NCBI RefSeq assembly: GCF_037042905.1
Contig: NC_087250.1
Location: 4,714,001-4,778,000 of the forward strand
DNA length: 64,000 nt
Source: Lytechinus pictus
Taxonomy: Eukaryota
Direction of reading: 5' to 3'
Shown here: in pieces, positions 54,321-64,000 of the stretch
How positions within the stretch are numbered: the first letter of the stretch is position 1
How the letters are laid out: each line of letters opens with the position of its first letter
The notes under the pieces: model-generated
Seen by the model: only the letters and a program-made list of their open reading frames with translations
The model's database searches: none
What the model was told of the DNA's origin: nothing
Made by a program: the position numbers and the translations under genes

Positions 54321-55112
54321 GGTTTTTTTCCTTTTGAACCCCATTTTGGAAAAGCCACTTAAGGGCATTTGAAATCCGTGTAATTCTCGAAATTAGAATA
54401 GAGGTGAAATGCTATATACACATAATCGTTTGGTATATCGCCAATATACTCAAATATGACAACTATATATAGATTTAATTGGTTTAATACATTCAGCCAA
54501 AACATAGATTATGCATCTACATGAAATTAAAGGAAACTACATATTACAGATTCCGCAGGTCACAGAAAAATAACCCATTTCGACTTAAAAATCAAAAACA
54601 TTTTCCATGCCAAATCGCAATTTCCCTTTCTACTTTTGTTTCCCCAAAATATATCATTTTAAAGGTTATTCTTTTTCTTTTCCTTTCTTCCACCCCCTCC
54701 CCCTCTCCTCCCCCTCTCTCTCTCCCTCTCTCTCTCTCCCTCCCTCTCTCTCGCTCTTTATATATATATGTGGGGTGTTTTGTCCCGGAGAATTTGTCCT
54801 ATCTTTGAATTAGAGGGTCGTGGGCTCAAATCCTGGCCATTGCGTTATTTCCTTCCTCGAAAAACTGGTCCACATTTTACTCTATTCCACCAAGATTAGA
54901 AATGAGAGCAGGGGGTGTTGCATAATCGCTGTTCGATAGTAGAGTAACTTTAAGAACGACTGGTGATCCTTTCTTGTGGTAAATGATGTTCACCAGTAAA
55001 TGGTCAATGGTGATTATTCAGCGCATAAGAAAGGTTCACCAGTTATTTGACATTCCGACCTAAAAATTGACATTATAAGCTTTTTTTTAAATAAACGGTA
55101 TATTAGGTATAA

Positions 55113-57871
55113 TAGTCCAGGATAGGCCCCATAGACAAGGGGTCGAACCTTGTTTTTTTAGATATACAATGTTTTTTGATGGTTTCTTGTCAATTCGAGG
55201 GTGCTGATTCCGAATCTGAATGATGCCACTCTTGTAACCTTGAGCATTTCCCGCAAATTGGCAAAATCCAATATGGCCGCCAAAATATGCAAATTACCCA
55301 TGAAAATCATAAAATTGCCAACACATTAGCTATAAAATGCATGTAGTTGTTGTGCAGAAGTGACATACCAATTGGAAAAGCGATATTGACAAAATATTTA
55401 TTTTATTGATATTCAAAATGGCCGCCATAACCCCTGTATACTTTATTATGTAGAATATGAATGGGGAAAATATTTTTTCAATCAAGAGCACTATTATTGC
55501 ATGTGATTGTGACCTGCGAGTGTACTACTGTATGAAAACATGACTATTAACAAAACTATGTCATTTGTATACTATCTAATGTGATAAATGCTGTATTATG
55601 ATATTCAAAATGGCTGTCATAGACCCCTTATACTGTGTACAATATATAAAAGGGGACAAATAATTTTCACAACCTTTGAATTTGTTTGACTTTAAAATGC
55701 CAATAACTGCGAAATATTGGTGTAACACTGTCTGACAACAAGGATTTCTAACGAAACATATCATTTCCCTTGCAATTTCGGTAATTATGCTGCATGTTGA
55801 CATTCAAAATGGCTGCCATAGGCCCTATCTGTATTATGACCAAAGCGAATGAAGAAACTAATTTTCACAAGAGTAAAAACAATAAAATGAATGTAATTGT
55901 AATCTATACGAGTGAAATATTGTCTAAACACATGATTTCTGGCGAAACATATCATTTCATTTTTCATGCATGAGATAAATGCTGTATTGTAAAATTCAAA
56001 ATGGCCCCTATGGGCCCTTACAGTATTATCTACAATGTAAATGGGGACAAATACTTTTGAAAGAATTAGGATTTGCCTGACTATGAAATCCATATAATTC
56101 TGTTGTATAAGGAAAATATTGTTTGAAAACGTGATTTTTTTTAATGAAATATAACATTTCCTCTCCCATAGGTGATAAATACTGTATTTTGACTTTCAAA
56201 ACGGCCGCACAAGCCCCTACAAATTCTGTAACATGCGTATAGGGAAACTAATCATCACCAGAATGAGAACCAAAAACGCACGTAACTATGTGATGTATGG
56301 GTAAAATTTGGTCTTGAACATGATTTCTGACTAAATACATCACATAATGGTTGAGAAGGTATTAAAGGCCTTACTTTGAAATTCAAAATTGCTGCCATAG
56401 CCCAAAGTAGTATGTACATTGTAACTGGGGACAGATAGTTTTGACAAAATTTTTACTATGAAAATGGCTTAATTTTGATGTAAGTGTTAAGTATTGTCTA
56501 AACCCAATGATTTCTAACGAAATATATCATAGCTTGTGTCATAAAGGTGATGAATGCAGCCTTTTAAAAATGAAAAATGGCCGCCATAGTCCCTTATCTT
56601 AATATGTAAAATTTGAATGGGGAAAGATAATTTCCACAAAGAAACATATTGCAGCCATTTTGAAATTTAAATATAGCATTTATCACCTAAATAACATAAG
56701 AAATGATCTATTTGGTTACAAAATCATATTTTCAGACGATATTTCACTCATACATGCAACACCATTTAGTCAAGCAAAGCCAAATTCTGTTAAAATTATA
56801 TGTTCCCATTCACAAAGTACATAATAGGCCTACCGTTAGGGCCTGTAGCGGCCATTTTGACCTTCACAGAATGAATGATATATCTTGTTAGGAATTATGT
56901 TTTCAGACAATATTTTACTCTTAAATCACAATTATATGCATGTTATGGTGCTGACTCATGTGAAAATTGGTTTCCCAGATCGATTGTACATAATACAGTC
57001 AATGTCTTTTGGCGGCCATTTTGAAAGTCAAAATACAATATTTAATACAAATATGAAACCCGAATAATATATTTCGTTGCAAATTATATTTGAAGACAGT
57101 ATTCCACTAATTTACCACAAAAAAAAAACGTTTTAGTGCTCACCCTGTGATTGTTTTTGTCCTCTCTCACATCGTAGATCATAATTTTAGGGCCTTTGGC
57201 GGTCATATTAAATATCAAAATACAGGGTTTATCACATACATGGCATGTTAAATAATAAATTTCGTTAACAATAATGTTTTTAGTCAGTATTCCACTCGTT
57301 TATCTCAACAAAATGCATTTTAGTGCTCACTCTTGTGATTTTTTTGTGTCACCATTCACATTGTACATAATAGTGTTAGGGCTTTTGAAGGCCATTTTGA
57401 ATATAAAAATACAGGATTTATCACATAACTGACATAACAAATGATATACATCGTTAGCAATCATGTTTACAGACATTGCTTCACTCATAGATCATAATTA
57501 CTTGCATTTCAGTGCTCAGTTTTGTAAAAATTGATTTTCCCCATTCATATTGTACAGGGGTCTATGATGGCGGCCATTTTGATATCAAGAAAATAAATAT
57601 TTTGACAAAAATATTTTTTTCAGATATTATTTCACTCCGGCAGCACAATTGCATGTACTTTAAAGCCAATGTGTGGACAATTTTATGATTTTCATGGGTA
57701 ATTTGAATATTTTGGCGGCCATATTGGATTTTGCCAATTTGCAGAAAATGCTCAAGGTTACACGAGTGGCATCATTCAGATTCGGAATCAGCACCCTCGA
57801 ATTGACAAGAAACCATAAAAAAACATTGTATATATAAAAAAACAAGGTTCGACCCCTTCTATCCTGGACTA
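55113..57871. mobile_element. Academ-like palindromic non-autonomous element
   Basis: TAA|TAGTCCAGGATAG ... CTATCCTGGACTA|TAA. ~190-bp subrepeats containing CAAAATGGC switch orientation near 56645. Confidence 0.8.
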
Positions 57872-58199
57872 TAAACCTAAACAATTGATGCGAGCGCAAA
57901 GCGCAAGCAGAAACTAAAATGAGATTTCAGACCTAAAAATGGGACATTCTATTCATGTTTTGTAAATCATGAAAAAGGATGGGTAATTTGGTATCTTCCT
58001 ACGTTAATAATGCGAGCGCATCTAGATAATTTTAGCACGTTTTGAATAAAGATCAAGCTGCGAATCTCAATAAACATGTGCGCGCGTGTTTTAGAGTTAG
58101 AAAGAATCTGGGCATTCTAAATACATTTCATTTTTTATCATGAAAATCAATAAAGCGGAAAATATTTGATATTCCGGTATGAAAAGGGTGAATTTAAGC

Positions 58200-61100
58200 G
58201 GTTCCATGACAATTGCTCCGCCGAAATTTGCTCCGCCGACAATTGCTACGCAAAATACGACAACTGCTCCGCCGACAATTGCTCCGGACAGTTGCTCCGC
58301 CGACAGTTGCTCCGTCGACACTTGCTCCGCCGATATGTGCACCGTCGACACTTGCTCCGCCGATATTTGCTCCGCCGATATTTGCTCCGCCGACATCTGC
58401 TCCGCCGACATCTGCTCCGCCGAAAATTGCTCCGCCGACAATTGCTCCGCCGATAATTGCTCCGCCGACATCTGCTCCGATTATACGACAATTGCTCCGC
58501 CAATATTTGCTCCGCCGAAAATTGCTCCGATTATACGACAATTGCTCAGCGATATTTGCTCCGCCGATATTTGCTCCGCCGACATCTGCTCCGATCATAC
58601 GACAATTGCTCCGCCGATAATTGCTCCGCCGACATCTGCTCCGCCGTAAATTGCTCCGATAATGCGACAATTATTTATTTATTTTTTTATTCGTACTTTC
58701 ATACGCATAACAATTTTAGCACAGGCTTAAGGCGTCAATTTACCATGGAGCATAGCTCCATGAATTTACAAAGTAAACTTAAACTATGCTTGCATGATAT
58801 ATTAAATGTCATACACAGGGGCCGCGGAACGGTTTTCAAAGTGAGGGCTGAGTCAAAAGTGGGGGCTGTCCATGCTAAAAATCACAATCATATGGTCATT
58901 CTTACGTTTTTTGTACACGGCTTTGGAAAATTGGGGGGCTAAAGCCCCCCGGCTCCGCGGCCCCTGATACATGCATATAGAAAGAAATTGAAAAAAAAGG
59001 GGTAAGCACAAAGGAGGGATAGATATTCTTAATGCTTATTCATGGTGGGGGGGGGGAGCATTTGTGTAAGTTTTATTACGTGCCTGGCGATTAAAATGGA
59101 AAAAAAAAACGCGTTTTCATGTAATTATTATAACCATATAGCTCCATGTTATAACAGTAGAAACAAATTAGACATACCCCATTCTTAGCGTCAAAATCGC
59201 TCAGACTGGCGAAATATGCTCCGAAGTGGAGACATTTGCTCCAGGTGAAATTCAACGGTATACCCCACCTTATTTTGTCGAAAACTTGTACTGTAGTCAC
59301 GCAAAATGTTTACTGTCGGCAAATTGTGTGCCATGCAAACATGACCAAGACATTCAGTAAGTAAAAATTAATATTCAAGAAAATACCAACTTGTGAAAGG
59401 CTACATGTCGTGTCACCTTCTCGGCACACCCCTCCACTCTGGTTTCCATATCCTCTCGTACACACAGTGCTCTCAGTCTGGTCTCCACATCCACATCATG
59501 TCATACACACCGTAGGTTTTTAGATTATGATAATACTGTATATAATAGTGAGTTGCTTTTTTGTTTTATGTTGATCATGATTGTTTTCTTCACTGATAGA
59601 AAAAGGATAATTAATTTTTTTTAAATAAACCAAAAATAAAATCCATATGTTCTGTTTTATATAGTTATTAGTCAAGGTTACTTTAGTTCGCATTAGTTCT
59701 CATTGTTTATACGTTCTAATTCTTATGCATTATACCGATTGATATTGTACTTTAAATTTGACTATGTATTGTTACTTTGATTTTGTTGTGCTTTGTGAAC
59801 GGAAAATGAATAAATCTTAATCTAAATCTAAATATGGTCCGCCAATAGTCGAATTATATTCATTATGATGTTATAATGTAAGTAACAATTTGTTGTTGAT
59901 GGGGGATATAATTTTACACGTAGTTTCAAAAAGAAAAAAAAATCAATCAAACAAGATTTTCTTCTGTATAAATGATATACCTTCATGTGTATATGGCCGC
60001 CTATGTATTTTCCAAGAATGAACTATATGAGAAGAAAACGTGTGTTCATGTACTTATTATCATTATCATTGTACCGCCATTATCATCATCAGCATCATTA
60101 TCAGCATCTTCATCATCACCATCATTATCATTGTTGTCGTCGTTTTGCTTATGCGGAAATCAAACAAAAATGATTGTGAAAAGGGTTATGGAGGGAAAGA
60201 GAGAGAGAGAGAGAGAAAGAGGGGGAGTGAGTGAGAGCTTGAGGAAAAAAGGAGGTGTATGACTTATTATTTCTGAATATCGCGATTTCTGTTTATTCAT
60301 GGGATTGAAATAGAAGGATAAACTTAACAAGTTCTTGTCATTATAATTTTTTATTTGATTTACTGATCAGAACATGAGATAAATGAAATCATGAAGACTG
60401 TACGTTCTCGACAGTTTTATTAACGTTTTCCAACCAAAACTACACTTTAATGACTGCAAACACCTTCATTTTCACAAACTCGCAACTATGGACACAGTAT
60501 ACATGTAATTGAGAGTAGTGTCATGTTCAAAACCTTTCTTAGCTGCAAGGAATACTGAATCTCATTTCCACAATGTGAATCTGAATGCACAATGCCTGTG
60601 TTTTTAACATGTACCCAAATTACCCAATTTAAAGAACACATGTTAAGATCTAATGAATCAGCAAAATAGTCCACATTCTATCATGATCAGCAGGCATAAC
60701 AGCCTATATACTCTTCAATACTTCAATTACAGTTTGTCGAAAGAAATAACACAAAGAAAAAGAAATATATAGAATTGTTACTCTGGTAAATATATCCAAA
60801 ATATTAAATTAACGCATCGTGCTCTCATTTCTTTTACGAGATATCCCCCCCCCCCCTGAGATATGCTTCATGTTTACAATTTAAAAAAGGCGTATAAATG
60901 TCCCCTTTCAATGTCAATAACAGCTCGTGCTTTGTGCTCGCATTATAAATTCAGTGAGATGCGTATTGGGTTTCATGAATTTGTAACTATATTATTGCTG
61001 GTATATATATTATTGTCTTTTAAAAATAACATTATTTGTTTAGACGTAATGAGAGAGATACATACATATATTCATTTATTATAATATATTTATATTGTCG

Positions 61101-62344
61101 CTTTGCACAGAATAGAACAAAAATACAACCGAAGTCTAGTTTTATAGTAACTCACCAGTAGCGTAATGAGCCAACAACAAAAAATGGAGGGGGCGAGACA
61201 AGGATGACATTTATTTTCCTTTCCTTTATTCTTTTTTTTTTCATTGGCAGGGAGAATGGGGGGATCCGTGACCGCTAGCACGCCCATCTCCCATCTGTAC
61301 GCCAGTGATGATCATACTTTCGTTTGAAACAAATTGAAGGAAAAAAAGTGCAAGGGTAGATAAGGCCGAAGACGCAAATAAAAATTATTGATACAAATAT
61401 TAATAATTATAATACTGATAAATATACAATAAATCAAGCGGTCACCAATAAAAATAAACAACGTGAAAGAACAAAACGAGAAAGAGGGGGAGAGAGAGCC
61501 CGCGCGAATGTATGGTGTATAAGTTGCTGGAAAGCAGAAGAGATATTGTGTCCAGCACCCCCCCCCCCCCCAGTTCTCTCCCCGCTCAAGACCGGAGTGA
61601 AACCAATAATAATAATATATGAACACAAATCCAGATTCACAATTTCAATGGGGAGTGTGTCATTCCCCTTCTCCGTTACAATTTGTCAAGTGGCAGCGGC
61701 AGGGACAACAATTTGTTTTGTTTTTTAAGCAGAAAGCTGTGATGATAGGGGGAGAATAAAATAAATAAAACATTAACGAATAACAAGAACAAAACAACGA
61801 CAAAACAATTTGTATCAGGATGAATTTCTTATCAATTAACATACCCAACTTGGAGAAATAAGATGTTCATGCAATTGTCGTATAATCGGAGCAGATGTCG
61901 GCGGAGCAAATATCGGCGGAGCAATTGTCGCGGAGCAATTGTCGTATAATCGGAGCAATTTTCGGCGGAGCAAATATCGGCGGAGCAATTGTCGCGGAGC
62001 AATTGTCGTATAATCGGAGCAATTTTCGGCGGAGCAAATATCGGCGGAGCAATTGTCGTATAATCGGAGCAGATGTCGGCGGAGCAATTATCGGCGGAGC
62101 AATTGTCGGTGGAGCAATTTTCGGCGGAGCACATGTCGGCGGAGCACATGTCGGCGGAGCAAATATCGGCGGAGCAAATATCGGCGGAGCAAGTGTCGAC
62201 GGAGCACATATCGGCGGAGCAAGTGTCGACGGAGCAACTGTCGGCGGACCAATTGTCCGGAGCAATTGTCGGCGGAGCAACTGTCTTATTTTGCGTAGCA
62301 ATTGTCGGCGGAGCAGATGTCGGCGGAGCAATTGTCGGGTCACC
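58200..62344. mobile_element. Foldback (TU-type) transposon with 15-bp modular TIRs
   Basis: (TTGCTCCGCCGACAA)n at 58207-58672, inverted at 61871-62338; 8-bp TSD ATTTAAGC at 58192-58199 and 62345-62352. Confidence 0.9.
58816..58966. mobile_element. Small MITE nested in the foldback element
   Basis: CAGGGGCCGCGGA / TCCGCGGCCCCTG; ATACA on both flanks. Confidence 0.75.
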
Positions 62345-62659
62345 ATTTAAGCACTATCTAAAGCACTGTGTAGGGAAATTGTGAAGTGTATGTGGAGAAA
62401 ACTTAATAAATGATGCAAGTGCGAAGCGCGAGCTGATATTATTATTATTATTTTGACCTAGGATCTGGACATTCTAGGCCTAAGGACATTTTGTCATCAT
62501 ATGAAAATGATGACTCTGTTCCTATTCCTCTTCCTAGGCGCGAAATGAAACTTGTCGATATTCCTCTCTGAAAAAGGGACAATTTAGTTATTAGAAATTC
62601 ATGAACATTTTATTAATATTTATTAATGTAATAAGCCTAATGAGTGGGTGAAATTTGAG

Positions 62660-63207
62660 GGTAAGCCCGCCAGTCATAAGGACCATAAGTCATAATACTA
62701 ACTGGTCATAAGGACCGTTAGTCATAACGTGTACAATCCTATACCCAAATGTTCGCTAGTCATAATAGGGACAAAGGGTCACTAGTCATAAGGTCATAAG
62801 GACCATGAGTCATAAGGTCCGATTTTCATAATGCAAGGTAAGGGTCGCTATTCATAATGCACGATAAGGGTAAATGATCATAAGGAACGCTAGTCATAAT
62901 CAACAATGAGGGTCGGTATTCATAATAATAGATGAGGGTCGCTAGTCATAAAAAGAAAGAGGCTACATTAATCATGAGGGTCGCCAGTCATAATAGGGGA
63001 AGAGGTTCACTAGTCATAATAGTAGATGAGGTTCGCCAGTCATAATAGTAGAAGAGGGTCGCTATTCATGACTGGCCAGTCATAATAGAATAAGGGGTTC
63101 GCCAGTCATAATAGTAGATGAGGGTCGCTAGTCATAATAGTAGAAAGCATTGGCGTACCTAGGATTTTTCACAGGGGGGGCAAAACCGTCCACCAAAAAA
63201 TTTGACA

Positions 63208-63250
<43 letters not shown>

Positions 63251-64000
63251 TCTTCAAGCTCGTCAGGGGGGCATTGAAGGTCTTCAAGCTCGTCAGGGGG
63301 GGCAAAAAAGGTTTTTCAAGCCCGTCAGGGGGGGGCAAAGATACGTTTTTGCATGGGTTGTGACTCGTCAGGGGGGGCAGAGTGCCCCCCCTGCCCCCCC
63401 GTAGGTACGCTAGTGGTAGAAAGGGTTCGCCAGTTATAATAGTAGATGAGGGTCGCTAGTCATAATAGTAGAAAGGGTTCGCCAGTCGTAATAGTAGAAG
63501 GGGTTCGCCAGTCATAATAGTAGAAGGGATTCGCCAGTCATAGTAGAAGGGGTTCGCCAGTCATAATGGTAGATGAGGGTCGCTAGTCATAATAGTAGAG
63601 GGGTTCACCAGTAATAATAGTTGATGAGGGTCGCCAGCCATAATAGTAGAAGGGGTTCGCCAGTTATGATAGTAGAAGGAGTTCGCCAGTCATAATGGTA
63701 GAAGGGGTTCGCTAGTCATAATGGTAGAATGGGTTCGCTATTCATAATAGTAGAAGGGGTTCGCCAGTCATAATAACATATGGGGCTCGCCAGTCATAAT
63801 AATACATGACGGTCGCCAGTCATAATAGAAGAAGGGGTTCGCCAGTCATAATAGTAGATGAGGGTCGCTAGTCATAATAGTAGAAAGGGTTCGCCAGTCA
63901 TAATAGTAGAGGGGGTTCGCCAGTCATAATAGTAGAAGGGGTTCGCCAGTCATAATAACAGATGTGGTTCGCCAGTCATAATAGAAGAAGGGGTTCGCCA
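62660..64000. repeat. 26-bp minisatellite, possibly the arm of another foldback element; runs off the window
   Basis: Unit GGGGTTCGCCAGTCATAATAGTAGAA, degenerate at its left edge. Confidence 0.9.
63148..63415. mobile_element. hAT-like MITE in the minisatellite
   Basis: CATTGGCGTACCTA / TAGGTACGCTAGTG; 8-bp TSD GTAGAAAG. Confidence 0.9.

Noticed and set aside
58097..62384. Pentapeptide-repeat-like ORFs (SAEQL, CSADI)
   Set aside because: Open in several frames on both strands only because the 15-bp TIR unit lacks stops.

Overview
AT-rich eukaryotic DNA, made up mostly of transposons. The repeat families are consistent with an echinoderm such as a sea urchin (inference). Almost all short ORFs in the supplied track are spurious. 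One minus-strand gene runs through about 50 kb (1549 to ~52070) as 8-9 small exons with compatible splice phases. It encodes a ~325-aa protein with an N-terminal PDZ domain and a C-terminal region that aligns by eye to the IL-1 beta-trefoil, including IL-1-like intron positions, so it is a candidate invertebrate PDZ-IL-1 ('ancestral IL-1') cytokine. Its introns are inflated by nested insertions: a near-intact CR1/L2-group LINE (3831-8870); a decayed LINE (26597-42974) whose 3'UTR holds a 9.6-kb non-coding element with Ngaro/PAT-type split direct repeats; a Transib-like MITE with RSS-like ends inside a tRNA-Gly-like cloverleaf; Academ-like long palindromes; and many hAT, Harbinger, TcMar, Sola and TTAA-type MITEs. 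Upstream lie a TU/foldback-type element and a 26-bp minisatellite. All domain and family calls are from manual translation and motif reading, not database searches.
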